This document shows, piece by piece, positions 41,823 through 51,911 of a DNA stretch of 56,526 nucleotides. Source of the DNA: a virus (taxonomy: Duplodnaviria > Caudoviricetes). The notes beneath the pieces were generated by a model. It did no database searches. It saw only the letters and a program-made list of their open reading frames with translations, and had not been told where the DNA came from. The translations under genes and the position numbers were made by a program. The stretch lies in the IMG/VR virus record IMGVR_UViG_3300040806_002135, positions 1 to 56,526 of that record; one strand, 5' to 3'. The stretch's first letter is position 1. Each line of letters opens with the position of its first letter.

Positions 41823-43301
41823 TTATCCTAGTGCAATGCTGAGTGCGAGGGCGGTCCCTGCTGGATCAAAGTCTGTCCCTGACGCTGGAATGGTCAGTGT
41901 CACATTCCCATTCACATCTGGCGTATTCCCATTCACCGAATCTACGGCTCCAATTCCATCGGCTCCTCGGAGATCCCCTGTGCTGAAGCCCAGTCCATCG
42001 TCACTGGTGAACGTCACAACCCCTGTGGACGCTGAATAGCTTCCTCCTGTGAATCCTGATCCTGTGGCTCCCCGCAGATCCCCTGTGGTGAATCCCAGTC
42101 CATCGTCACTGGTGAACGTCACAACCCCTGTCGATGCTGAATAGCTTCCTCCTGTGAATCCTGGCCCTGTGGCCCCATCCACTCCATCGGCAGGCTTGGC
42201 AAAGGTCACCACATCTGTGCTGGCATCATCGTAGGTGATCGTCAGCGCATAGTTGGCTGCATTGTTTGGATCAGTTCCCAATGCGGTGCTGGAGATTTCC
42301 TTTGGTGTGGTTCCATCGACTCCATCGGCAGGTTTTACAAAATCTGCAGTCGTCTGGGTTCCTGCCACATCATCAAAAGTAATCGTCAGCCGGTACTTGT
42401 TGGAGTCTGTTGGATGAGTCCCCAGTACGATGGTAGAAATCCCCCGCCCATCGGCTCCCGTTGGCCCCTGAGATCCGGTTGCTCCCTGAGATCCGGCGGC
42501 TCCCTGTGGCCCCGTTGGCCCCGTTGGGCCCTGGACTCCTTGTGTTGGGATGTCAATGACAAATTGCCAGGCGTTGTTGGTTCCAACGTCTCCGTTGCCA
42601 CTGCCCTTGTAGAGGTAGGTGTATCCGTATTCGGTTGCACTGGTACTCCCCCCGACAATCGCAAACTGCCCTGTCGAAATCCCTACGTTGCTCGGTGGGT
42701 CAGAATCTCCAACCAAGGCTGCGTAGGAACCGTAGACATGAGCAATGTGGAAGGCCCCTCCTGCCGATCCGGCTGCTCCGGTTGGACCCTGTGGCCCTTC
42801 GGCTCCTTGGGGCCCCGTTGGGCCTGCTGGGCCTTGAACTCCTTGGGGACCACGAACATTTGGAATGCTGTAGGTGTAGCGATTGGGGAAGCCTGTCAGC
42901 GTGATCGAATTGCCGATATCGTTGTGATTGGCCGACCAGTAGAAAACCTTGGAAGGAGAAGTGTTGCTGATCGTCAGTGTTGCCGTTGCTGCCGTAGGTG
43001 TTGCCCCCAACGCCTCATAGGCGGAGACAAAGGCTGCATAGGTATTGTAGGTTGTGCCATCAATGACGTAGACCACGCCCTCTGTTCCACCAAATCCATT
43101 CTCATCCGCACGGTTGCTCAGAGAGAATGTGTAGGCGTTGTTGCCTCCACCGTTGAAGATGGTGGAAGACTGGATGTTGAAGATGAATACATCATTCAAT
43201 AATCCGCTTAGTGCTGGCGCGGTTTCTGGGCCAGACCCTCCCTGCAGAGACAGGACGTATTCGCCACCAGATACGGTTACATCATAGGTATAGGTAGTCA
43301 T
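41823..43301 (-). CDS. Collagen-repeat tail fibre
   Basis: Gly-X-Y runs, C-terminal ALALSIALG docking motif. Confidence 0.85.
   Translation of the reverse strand: MTTYTYDVTVSGGEYVLSLQGGSGPETAPALSGLLNDVFIFNIQSSTIFNGGGNNAYTFSLSNRADENGFGGTEGVVYVIDGTTYNTYAAFVSAYEALGATPTAATATLTISNTSPSKVFYWSANHNDIGNSITLTGFPNRYTYSIPNVRGPQGVQGPAGPTGPQGAEGPQGPTGAAGSAGGAFHIAHVYGSYAALVGDSDPPSNVGISTGQFAIVGGSTSATEYGYTYLYKGSGNGDVGTNNAWQFVIDIPTQGVQGPTGPTGPQGAAGSQGATGSQGPTGADGRGISTIVLGTHPTDSNKYRLTITFDDVAGTQTTADFVKPADGVDGTTPKEISSTALGTDPNNAANYALTITYDDASTDVVTFAKPADGVDGATGPGFTGGSYSASTGVVTFTSDDGLGFTTGDLRGATGSGFTGGSYSASTGVVTFTSDDGLGFSTGDLRGADGIGAVDSVNGNTPDVNGNVTLTIPASGTDFDPAGTALALSIALG
41961..42170. repeat. 105-bp tandem duplication inside the fibre gene
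   Basis: Two near-identical units encoding TG(P/S)GFTGGSYSASTGVVTFTSDDGLGF(T/S)TGDLRGA. Confidence 0.9.
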
Positions 43302-45766
43302 CAGCTTCTGCCGTACTTGTAAATATCAAGGAAATCACATCCGGCAATCTGATAATTGTTTGATCCAAACAGATTGCTTTTGTTGGTATCTTGGAAAAAC
43401 TCCCAACATCGAATCACCGCCCATGCCTCTGGGCTGGTATTTACCTTCCTTTCCAGATAGAGATCAAAACCCCTGCGGTTGTTGTCTCCTCCACTGATTG
43501 CCAACGTTGGGATCGTTGTCGATGTAAAGTTGCTGCTCGTCCCATCCACGGTTGCCGTTGCTCCTGCCACGGACAACTTGGCCCCTTGGATGCCATGCCA
43601 CTTCAACCGAAAGGTTTCATTTGCTGCCAGATTTCCCAACGTCAAGGTGTTCCCAGAAAGGGACATTGTCGGATAGCTTCCGTTCATGGGGGCAACGTAT
43701 CCCAGATTGACTGGACTCGAAGAGCCTTGGTCATTGCGGTACAGTGTAAAGAAATAATCCGTCAGTTCTTCTGGGGCGGCTTCTGCGTTTGGCGTAAAGA
43801 CCAACCGTTGGGGCGTGTTGTTGCCCGTATTGATCAGGGAACCTGATGTGACCAGCGTCTCCTGGCCTCCCTCCAGAATGACCGCATTGTCCACTTCCAT
43901 ACGGGTCAGGTAGTAGTTGTTGATCGTTCTGCCGTTGCGCCAGTTGTAACTGTAGGCGATGGATTCCGGCCAATAGAGTTTCTGAGAGTAATTCAAGGAG
44001 GTTGTGCTGGCTCGGTACAACGACTGTCGGGCATTGTCGTAGTTGAACTCTGGCGTGGAATAAATTCCCAGCACTTCTGGTCGGATTTCGTAGATTCTGT
44101 CGTATTGGTAGGTTGTGACGTTCTTGGTTAGTTCCAGTTGGCTAGAGTAGGTGTATACTGTCTGACTTGCTCTTTGAGAGTCCGTAATCCCACTTGAATA
44201 GGAGTAAGTAATCTTCGTGTCTTGGATTGGTCCAGAATAGTTGTAGACATTCCCGCTTGCGGATATTCCCCATGTTGCAGGATAGGTGTTGTAGGGCTCT
44301 CCTAGTTTGTAAACGTTGTATCCATAACCAGTATTATCATATCTAACAAAATCACCTCTCTTTAGAGTCACGCCATTTACAGTGATTTCTGTTCTTGTCA
44401 TGGCATCATCATAAAAATTTCCAAAAAGAGAAGTATACCCAGCAATCCCAATCTGATTAGGCCCAGTAGCGTTGATTGTCCCTGCGTTTGCTGGAATCGG
44501 GGTTACTTTTGTGCCGATATAGCCAAATGGGTAGTAGTTCCCAACTTGCCAATACTGGTTGTAAGCGTCTCCATTGTTAAAAAGCTTGTAATCATAAGCC
44601 CACGCCTGCCCTGTCCGTTGACTCCCCCGTGTTACTGTGATCCCGTTGATCGTGACGGATGTTGTTGTAGGTTCTGTGGAGTAATAACTGATCTTCTGTG
44701 TTCCGTTTAAAGACACTGTCAGCTTGTAGGGATTTGCTCCTCCAACCTGCTCAATTTTCCAGTAGTTGTTCTGATCATTAATGTCGTTGTAACTAACAAC
44801 ATCTACAGTTCTTGTGTAGAACTTGTTGTCCGTTGCTCTTGCCCAGTACTCTGACCCCCCCTTTGTCCACTTGGTATGTCCATCCTCTGTTACTGCAGGA
44901 TCTGAAATCTCGTATCCCATGTAGGGAGCCTCACTGACCGTCACATCCACGGTACTTGCCGTAGGAGTTCTCTCCTTCAAACTTGCTGCTGGACTTGCTG
45001 AAGCATTTCCTAATGACCAGTAATAGTTCGTTGTTCCCGAAATCCTCCACTGGTAGTATCCGTTCCTGTCTGGGCTGGTAGCATTGTCAGGAGTTGTAAT
45101 CACATACTTTGTTCCAGATGTTCCAAACCAATAATCTGCTGTTCCAGCGTTTGCAGTAGTGACCGCCACTCCAGAGATTCCATAATCTTGAATGCTCGTA
45201 GTTCTGGTCTTCATCTCATACGGAGAAGTCTCGCTGACCCAGGTCTCCTGTGGATAGGCGTTGTTGCTGTTCGTATACCTTACATGCCCATCGACTGCCG
45301 CTTCGTTGGCATTGACATACCCAAATGCCGAAGCATTGCTGGCTGTCATGAACTGTGTGTCTGGAACCGTTGTCCCTGCGTCACTGTACTTGATCTCTGA
45401 TCCAATCTGGTAGTAAGGCCCCAGATTCCCCTTGTACCAAGTTGAATACCCTCGGATGGAACCACTCTGGCTGTATCCAAACTCAGAGGCAGTGGATGTT
45501 GTCAGCAACACCGACTGTGCGGCGACATAACTTCTTCCTGCATCAGAAGCGACCAGTTCCAAATTTGGGTCTGTGTTCGATACCGTCACCGTCATCTGCA
45601 GGTTCACTGTGCCATAGAAATCCGAAAGGCTGATCTCCTGCCCCCGTTTTGGAACGGTTGCCTCCACGCCCCAGTACTCTGAGAGGAAGGCTCCCCCATC
45701 AATAATGTTTCCGAATTCTTCTTCAACCTGAGAAAGGCTGATTGCTCCAGATTCTTGTAAAGGCAT
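43301..45766 (-). CDS. Putative adhesin / receptor-binding protein
   Basis: MPLQ.SGAISLS....EFG...SEY...ISLSDFYG fibre-attachment N-terminus; Y/T/S/G-rich beta body. Confidence 0.75.
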   Translation of the reverse strand: MPLQESGAISLSQVEEEFGNIIDGGAFLSEYWGVEATVPKRGQEISLSDFYGTVNLQMTVTVSNTDPNLELVASDAGRSYVAAQSVLLTTSTASEFGYSQSGSIRGYSTWYKGNLGPYYQIGSEIKYSDAGTTVPDTQFMTASNASAFGYVNANEAAVDGHVRYTNSNNAYPQETWVSETSPYEMKTRTTSIQDYGISGVAVTTANAGTADYWFGTSGTKYVITTPDNATSPDRNGYYQWRISGTTNYYWSLGNASASPAASLKERTPTASTVDVTVSEAPYMGYEISDPAVTEDGHTKWTKGGSEYWARATDNKFYTRTVDVVSYNDINDQNNYWKIEQVGGANPYKLTVSLNGTQKISYYSTEPTTTSVTINGITVTRGSQRTGQAWAYDYKLFNNGDAYNQYWQVGNYYPFGYIGTKVTPIPANAGTINATGPNQIGIAGYTSLFGNFYDDAMTRTEITVNGVTLKRGDFVRYDNTGYGYNVYKLGEPYNTYPATWGISASGNVYNYSGPIQDTKITYSYSSGITDSQRASQTVYTYSSQLELTKNVTTYQYDRIYEIRPEVLGIYSTPEFNYDNARQSLYRASTTSLNYSQKLYWPESIAYSYNWRNGRTINNYYLTRMEVDNAVILEGGQETLVTSGSLINTGNNTPQRLVFTPNAEAAPEELTDYFFTLYRNDQGSSSPVNLGYVAPMNGSYPTMSLSGNTLTLGNLAANETFRLKWHGIQGAKLSVAGATATVDGTSSNFTSTTIPTLAISGGDNNRRGFDLYLERKVNTSPEAWAVIRCWEFFQDTNKSNLFGSNNYQIAGCDFLDIYKYGRS

Positions 45767-45767
45767 C

Positions 45768-48452
45768 TTAGGATGAACTTACGGTGGCTTCGTTGTAATC
45801 GGCAATCTTGACATAGGCCACGGTTCCGTGGGCACTGCTGTCGGTTCCAACAGTATGCATCTGCAACGTTCTACCACTTGGAGTCGTGTACTGAATCCAC
45901 ATCGACTCGCCTGCGGTGGCCCGATGGATTGTTGTAAAATTAACACTGCAGGGTTTCTGTCCTGCCGGAGCCGTCCCATATACCCGATGAATCTCGGTGG
46001 ACCCTGCATCCGTATGGACATCAAAGTAAAAGTCGGTATCGTCTGTCTGGGAACTTGCTGTGGAAACCGCCCATGTTCCTGTGATCAGATAGACTCCTGC
46101 TTCTGGGAAATCCAATCCCCCATTGGCGTTGAAGGAGTGTGGTGACCCCCCAGGACGTTGGTTGTCATAAAGAGTGTTGGTTTCTGTCTGGCTCAGATCC
46201 AGTGTGGACCCGTTGAATCCTCCAAAGAGGTAGGAATCAAACTGCCAACGGAAGAAATTGGCTGTCAGTTCCCCGGCAGGCCCCTGCGCCCCACGCAAGT
46301 CTCCTGTGGAAAAGACCAGTTCTGGATAATTGGAAGAAAAGGTAACAATCCCCGTACTGCTGTTGTAAGTTCCAGCAGTCCATCCCTTGCCATCGTTTCC
46401 GTCTGTTCCATCGGAAGGGACATCAATCTGACCTACCAACGTCTTGGGGGCGTTTGGAACGTCATCCGTGAAGGTTGTGACCAGATTGTACTTTCCATTG
46501 GAAGGAGCCAGAAGTTCAATCGTTGCGACTCCTCGACCCTGATCTCCCTGTGTCCCTGGCAATCCTGCCAATCCGTCATTCCCTGGAGGACCTTGTGGTC
46601 CCTGTGGCAAGGTTACATTGCCTGTGTATCCTCCGTTGGATAACGCAAAGCGGATTGTTGATGCATTGACAACATCAACATTGGCAATCCCCACACCGTC
46701 CGCTCCATCCGCTCCATTGGCCCCGTCCGCTCCATCTGCTCCATCTGCTCCATCGGCCCCAGGAAGCCCCCGCACACTCTGTGGTGTGACAATGATGTCC
46801 CCGTTGCTTAGTGTCAGTTCAAGCTGGCTGTTGCTGTTGATCGATGCGTTGGTTGGTACGATCTTCGGTAGGTCAAAGTACGAAGTGTAGGTTGCCGGAT
46901 TGGTATCGAGTTCAAACCGGATTTGTTCGGTATTGCTGGGGTTGACACTTACCTCCACCAGCCCTGGTCCATCGGCTCCATCTGCTCCATCGGCTCCGGC
47001 AGGCCCTACAATCGTTCCTGTCGAAGTCAACACTGTCCCGTTATTGAACGTCAACTCCAGTTGGTTGCTTCCGTTGACAGCAATGTCTACAGCATTGACC
47101 ACAGGCAGGTTGACCGAATAGGTCGAGGAATCGGTCAGTGTGAAGGTGGCACTACTGGTCCCCTGTGGCTGGGTGATTGTACTGATCCCTACTCCGGCTG
47201 GCCCCTGCTGAGATACGCCTACGTCTTGATAGGTGATGACCAGTGAGTCGGATGCCGAATCATAATCAATGTTGACAATCCCAGGACCCGTCAGTCCCGT
47301 TGGTCCTGCTGGCCCCTCCAGTCCTGCCTGCCAAGCATTTCCATTCCAGAATTCCAACTCCTGTGTGGTGCTGTTGTAAATGACTGAGCCGGTGATTACC
47401 CCGGAGGTTGGTCTGGCTGCCTCTGTATAGGACCCCAGAAAACGGGCATTGATGTTGTCCGCCAGCGCCTGTGTCTTGGCTTGGTAGTGCAACGCACTGA
47501 AGCCCGTTGTGCTTCCATCGGAAAGCGTGTACTGCGTGTCCTCGGCGTTGATTGCCAACTTCTCCGCATCGGCTTTGGCGTTGCTGGCGTTGGTTCCCGC
47601 AGTGGATGCCGTGTTGGCAGATACTCCTGCGGTGTTACTGTATCCCTGTGCCTGTGCGGCATATCCTGCAGCCTGACTGGCTGATGCTGATGCCTGACCT
47701 GAGAATGTAGATGCCTCGACTGCGGAACTTGCTGCGGTGGTTGCGTTTGTCTCTGCCTGAGAGATGCTGCTGTTCTCATCAACAATTGCTGCTGCCAGCG
47801 AATTCACATCCGCTATGTTGTCACTGACCTGCTTGATCTTGGAACTCGCTCCCAGATTCAGATCATCGGCAACGATTTCCACATCTGCAAAGTTGTCTGC
47901 CACCGCCGCAACCTTGCTGGTTCCACTGTCCAGGTCTGTTGCCAACGTGGTGATCTCTGTGTCTGAACCTGCCACCGTGTTGATGTTGCTCAGTGCTGCT
48001 GCAACCGAAGCTACCGTGTTGTATTCTGCTGTGGAAAGAGGGATTGCCTCCAGAATCAGTTCAAAGAAGGTTGTGTTGGTGATGGCATAGGAAGCCCCCG
48101 CCACCACATCTTGAATGACCACATACAAACTGTTTGTCGAGGGATCACGGATCAGATCGTCTGTGTTGTATGCCTGACCCTGCGTGTAGTCTCCACTCCA
48201 GTTCAACCCCGGTGGCAGTTCTCTTTCATAGACAAACAGATCCCAGTATTCCGAATTGCCTTCTGTGGAAGGCAACGCAGTCCCCACAGGAACGGTTCGG
48301 GTTGCAATGTAAATCCGGTTGCGGGTTGCGTCACGGACAATGTCCCGCTCCACATAGGAATTGCTTGTGCTGTGGATGCCTCTCCACGAAACCCCAGGAG
48401 GTCCTTGGGTTCCCTGACTTTGGACAATGATCTGTGCGCGAGTGGTACTCAT
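45768..48452 (-). CDS. Long tail fibre with collagen repeats
   Basis: W.G.Y....Y..D N-terminal repeats, Ala-rich coiled coil, SALHY, (GAD)n collagen segments. Confidence 0.85.
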   Translation of the reverse strand: MSTTRAQIIVQSQGTQGPPGVSWRGIHSTSNSYVERDIVRDATRNRIYIATRTVPVGTALPSTEGNSEYWDLFVYERELPPGLNWSGDYTQGQAYNTDDLIRDPSTNSLYVVIQDVVAGASYAITNTTFFELILEAIPLSTAEYNTVASVAAALSNINTVAGSDTEITTLATDLDSGTSKVAAVADNFADVEIVADDLNLGASSKIKQVSDNIADVNSLAAAIVDENSSISQAETNATTAASSAVEASTFSGQASASASQAAGYAAQAQGYSNTAGVSANTASTAGTNASNAKADAEKLAINAEDTQYTLSDGSTTGFSALHYQAKTQALADNINARFLGSYTEAARPTSGVITGSVIYNSTTQELEFWNGNAWQAGLEGPAGPTGLTGPGIVNIDYDSASDSLVITYQDVGVSQQGPAGVGISTITQPQGTSSATFTLTDSSTYSVNLPVVNAVDIAVNGSNQLELTFNNGTVLTSTGTIVGPAGADGADGADGPGLVEVSVNPSNTEQIRFELDTNPATYTSYFDLPKIVPTNASINSNSQLELTLSNGDIIVTPQSVRGLPGADGADGADGADGANGADGADGVGIANVDVVNASTIRFALSNGGYTGNVTLPQGPQGPPGNDGLAGLPGTQGDQGRGVATIELLAPSNGKYNLVTTFTDDVPNAPKTLVGQIDVPSDGTDGNDGKGWTAGTYNSSTGIVTFSSNYPELVFSTGDLRGAQGPAGELTANFFRWQFDSYLFGGFNGSTLDLSQTETNTLYDNQRPGGSPHSFNANGGLDFPEAGVYLITGTWAVSTASSQTDDTDFYFDVHTDAGSTEIHRVYGTAPAGQKPCSVNFTTIHRATAGESMWIQYTTPSGRTLQMHTVGTDSSAHGTVAYVKIADYNEATVSSS

Positions 48453-48793
48453 CGACTCACCTCACCTAGTACTTTGATTTTTCCAACTAATACTTTTTCC
48501 ACGACGTTGTTTTGCTCTATTTCCAAATCGTATTCGTAAACTCCTGAGAGATACCCTGCTGTCGCAGAGGCTCCCACGGTGATGCGGATGTTCGGAGAAA
48601 CCGATTGCATTGTGATCTCCTGTCCACTGTTCCAGATGTCTGTCGGCGTGGCTTCCCCACGATGAGTCTTGATGTATAGACGTGCCGTATAAGTGGTCAG
48701 GTCCCGAATGTTCCCATCCTCATCCTTTACCGTCAGGTCTGCCCCAAACGTTGTTCCCTGCTCCACTTCAAAATCATAAATGCCGTAGGCCAT
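48449..48793 (-). CDS. Tail fibre anchor (BppU-like beta protein)
   Basis: EQGTTF, DLT.YTAR, YEYDLE, GKI.V..EVSR. Confidence 0.75.
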   Translation of the reverse strand: MAYGIYDFEVEQGTTFGADLTVKDEDGNIRDLTTYTARLYIKTHRGEATPTDIWNSGQEITMQSVSPNIRITVGASATAGYLSGVYEYDLEIEQNNVVEKVLVGKIKVLGEVSR

Positions 48794-49776
48794 TAGCGGG
48801 TAACTCGGAAGTAAGATTCATTGCGGCCTTCGCTTTTGCTGAAGGAGTTGATTCCTTCGTTCAGTAAGGCTCCACTGGCCAACTCCATAAACCTTCCACG
48901 GGCAATCTGGGCCTTTTCTGTGTTGCGGGTCTGCCCCTCTCGGTTGTAAGCCCTTTCCAGCGCACCAAACACCAACGCCTCATGATAAAAATGCCCGATG
49001 ATCGGCTCCGTGGCGTCTGCAGTAATGTCTTGAATCCTTGGCAACCCACGCAACAGGATCTCCTTGAAGACCTTCGTGGTTGCCGTTGCATCGATGAACA
49101 GATCCTCATCCCTTGCGGGAATCGGGAAGATCCGAAAACTTCTGGTCGAGGCCGTATTGTAGACAATCGCCTCTACCGGACCATTGCGCTCCCGCCACTT
49201 CGGAGTGGCATTCAACGTGTAGTTTGCCCGAATCGTTGAGAATGGATTGGGGACTACCCCAAAGACCCCATTCATGAACTGGCCTCCACTGCTGAAACGG
49301 AAAACCGCTGCGTCCAGTTCCCCTTCACTCATGATTGCCAGATTGATCCCGTCGAGGCTGGCGGAGACGATCTCCTCAATACTGTCTGGAACCGTTAGCA
49401 CCGGATCAGTTGGAAGATAGCTGATTGCCCCTGGTTGCTGCTCTCCTTCCGTCAAGTACCGGAAGATCGTCTCCGTCAACTTCGTGATCACATAACTTTG
49501 GTTGGAGATCACCACGGTGTCCCCTGTGCTGAGTCCGTGAGCCGATGCAGTCGTCACTGTGACCGTCTTGCCATCCACCGTGGCGGTTCCTGCTACGGCA
49601 GTTGCTGGTCCGCTGGATAGCGCAACCGTTGCCGTTACCTGTGGCTGTCGGCTGATGCGGACAAACTCCCGTTGGGCGTCATCGATGTAGCGGTTGATCT
49701 CCGCATTGCTCCAACGGCGGTTCTCTGTGTCCTGCAGGGCCTCCTCTACCCGCTCTCGGATCTCTCTTCTATTCAC
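48793..49776 (-). CDS. Head-tail adaptor / tail tubular protein A-like
   Basis: LQD....RWS..E...YI.DAQ.E, FPIP, HEALV.GAL.RAY. Confidence 0.8.
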   Translation of the reverse strand: MNRREIRERVEEALQDTENRRWSNAEINRYIDDAQREFVRISRQPQVTATVALSSGPATAVAGTATVDGKTVTVTTASAHGLSTGDTVVISNQSYVITKLTETIFRYLTEGEQQPGAISYLPTDPVLTVPDSIEEIVSASLDGINLAIMSEGELDAAVFRFSSGGQFMNGVFGVVPNPFSTIRANYTLNATPKWRERNGPVEAIVYNTASTRSFRIFPIPARDEDLFIDATATTKVFKEILLRGLPRIQDITADATEPIIGHFYHEALVFGALERAYNREGQTRNTEKAQIARGRFMELASGALLNEGINSFSKSEGRNESYFRVTR

Positions 49777-50225
49777 TGATTGATCTCAATCACTTCAAAT
49801 CTCTCCATGCTTTCATCAATTGGCTTGTCTGCGCCCTTGGGCCACCGAATCGCCCGAAGCTGGAACCTCCGTGAAGAGCGCCCCACCAACGATCTCATCG
49901 GATCGGGTTGCAGATATCTCGTTCGGACGGTGTCCGACAAGGCGTTGAAATGCTGGATTGGTAACAACACCGGCTTGTTGCGGGGGATGATGATCGTGTG
50001 GGTGTCCACGGTGACCGGAACCGGCCCCAAGTCCCACGACTCGTCTCCACTGTCAATCTGAGCCACCACATGCCCATCCGCTGGACGGTGCTTCACGTCA
50101 ACCTCCTGCGCCATTTCCATCCCATCCTTCACAAAGGTGAACTGGTCTTCCCCTGTGCGAACATAGGACTGGTGCAAGGTCGGTTCTGGTAATTTGTCTG
50201 GTAAAAGTCCTCCGGCTACGGCCAT
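49773..50225 (-). CDS. Hypothetical structural-region protein
   Basis: V.V.V......IPR...V.LP......L pattern, located after the capsid genes. Confidence 0.7.
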   Translation of the reverse strand: MAVAGGLLPDKLPEPTLHQSYVRTGEDQFTFVKDGMEMAQEVDVKHRPADGHVVAQIDSGDESWDLGPVPVTVDTHTIIIPRNKPVLLPIQHFNALSDTVRTRYLQPDPMRSLVGRSSRRFQLRAIRWPKGADKPIDESMERFEVIEINQ

Positions 50226-50252
50226 TGGTCTTCCTGGTTAGAGGTTACTGAA

Positions 50253-50286
50253 TTCCCGACGCCCCCAACGAAGGGAGACATCGGGA
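50253..50286 (-). terminator. Stem-loop after the decoration gene (terminator or mRNA stabiliser)
   Basis: Minus strand TCCCGATGTCTCCC/GGGGGCGTCGGGA; weak U tail. Confidence 0.5.
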
Positions 50287-50297
50287 GTAGTAGGCGA

Positions 50298-50726
50298 TTA
50301 AGAGTACGCTACGTTTGGCGCGAAACGGAAATCCACCCAGAAGTACATGTCTCCTGCAGTGGCAGCGGTTCCAACGGTGGTTACGGTTGCCCGTACCACA
50401 TAGTTGTCCTCACCATCGTCCGTTGCGGTGTAGGCCGTCACGGCGGTCATCTGCTTTGCAGCAGGGGACTCGGTTCGGGCTGCGGCCTTAATGCTGGTGG
50501 ATGCCAAGAAGGAATCCACGGTGTTGATGTCGCCAACCTGCACAGCAGCTGAAGTGCCGTTGTCGAAGGCGGTCTTGACGACGACGTTGGCCTTCTCCAC
50601 GATTGCGCCTTCCGGCACAACAATGTCAAAGGTGTAGGTTCCTGCAGCAGAAACATCCGCTGCTTGAACCCGAACATGCTTGCTCGTCTGAGGCATGTTG
50701 ATGTGTTTAACGAGAATCGATTCCAT
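50298..50726 (-). CDS. Capsid decoration / cement protein
   Basis: VPEGAIV....VVKTAFD.GT...VG, Ala/Thr-rich, directly after the MCP. Confidence 0.75.
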   Translation of the reverse strand: MESILVKHINMPQTSKHVRVQAADVSAAGTYTFDIVVPEGAIVEKANVVVKTAFDNGTSAAVQVGDINTVDSFLASTSIKAAARTESPAAKQMTAVTAYTATDDGEDNYVVRATVTTVGTAATAGDMYFWVDFRFAPNVAYS

Positions 50727-50776
50727 TATTATCTCCTAACTTGGAATCGCCCCACCCAAAGGTAGGGCTATTGTAA

Positions 50777-51835
50777 TTAGATGTCAGTTGCGCCAACTTC
50801 GATGCGATATAGGTACAAATCCTGCAAAATAACGCAAGAATACATCGTTTGCCACGAAACTGTACCTCTTTGTCCCAAGGGGTCGCCGGGGCCAGGTTTG
50901 GGGGCAACTACCGTCGAGCGGAGAGAATCCTTCCCGCCCAGCGTCGCGCATCCACCAAAGTCTGCAGCCATGATCACCAAGGGATAGACATCGATGTTTC
51001 CACCAGTTGCCTTCAACCCTGTGGAACCAACCGCTGCGCCTGCACCCTTGAAGGGCATCGCCTGTGTGGTCAGAATGAAGCGGATTCCTCTTGCGGCTCC
51101 TACCTCTCCGTCCATCACATCACCCTGATCGGCATACTGCTCTACGGGTACATAACCCGGAAGTGCTTCCAGATCCTGACGTAGATCTACATGACCAATC
51201 GCAACGAAGGACTCACGGATGGGGCTGGTGGAGACACCGTCGGTGGCATCCAACTGCTCTTTCAACTTGGTCGCGTCGTTGTTCTCCAAGACTCGGATTG
51301 CACGGTCCAACAAGGTCGTTGCCGCTGTTCCTGCCGCAGCGTTCTTATTGGCAATCGTGTAGTTCACGTCACTTCTTCCGGTACTGCCGGTTGAACGTGC
51401 GTACCCTACCTGTGATCCTGCCCGGAATTCCTTGTAGGAGATGAAGTCCAGCGTCTCGCCTGCTTGCTGCGCCTGTCGCTCTGTGATCACCTGGACCAGC
51501 GGATCGTGGCTTGCCGCCAACATGATGTCGGTGGTGTTCACATACGAACCATACTGCTGCAAATTGTGCTTGATGGTCGTGTGCTGCAAATTCACAAAAT
51601 TCGGGGTCACCCCTTCGGCAATCGGCGTGTCCACAATCGGGAACCGCTCGTACCGTCGGTGGCGAATCTCCAGACCCTCTTTCTGTGGCTTGGTTTCGCG
51701 TTGAGCAAATTTGCTGAAGGTGAGTAAACGCTTCGCAATCGGAAGCATTCGTTTTTGGATGGTGTAGGCATCGTGCTTCGACAGATCACCGTAAGATGAT
51801 CCGGTAAGCAGACCCGTTCCTGCATTGATAGCCAT
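50777..51835 (-). CDS. Major capsid protein, N4-gp56 family
   Basis: RRYE, AEGVTP, LQQYG, GEVG...GIRF, DVYP, GDPLGQRGTV.W. Confidence 0.93.
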   Translation of the reverse strand: MAINAGTGLLTGSSYGDLSKHDAYTIQKRMLPIAKRLLTFSKFAQRETKPQKEGLEIRHRRYERFPIVDTPIAEGVTPNFVNLQHTTIKHNLQQYGSYVNTTDIMLAASHDPLVQVITERQAQQAGETLDFISYKEFRAGSQVGYARSTGSTGRSDVNYTIANKNAAAGTAATTLLDRAIRVLENNDATKLKEQLDATDGVSTSPIRESFVAIGHVDLRQDLEALPGYVPVEQYADQGDVMDGEVGAARGIRFILTTQAMPFKGAGAAVGSTGLKATGGNIDVYPLVIMAADFGGCATLGGKDSLRSTVVAPKPGPGDPLGQRGTVSWQTMYSCVILQDLYLYRIEVGATDI

Positions 51836-51911
51836 TTTTCTTTCCTATGTTCTGGCCATCTGGTCATTGATCTCTATGATCAATCAACAGATAGTCGTCT
51901 ACCATGAAAAT

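Noticed and set aside
41961-42170. Diversity-generating retroelement TR/VR pair
   Set aside because: Differences are not adenine-specific, both copies are in frame, and there is no reverse transcriptase gene.
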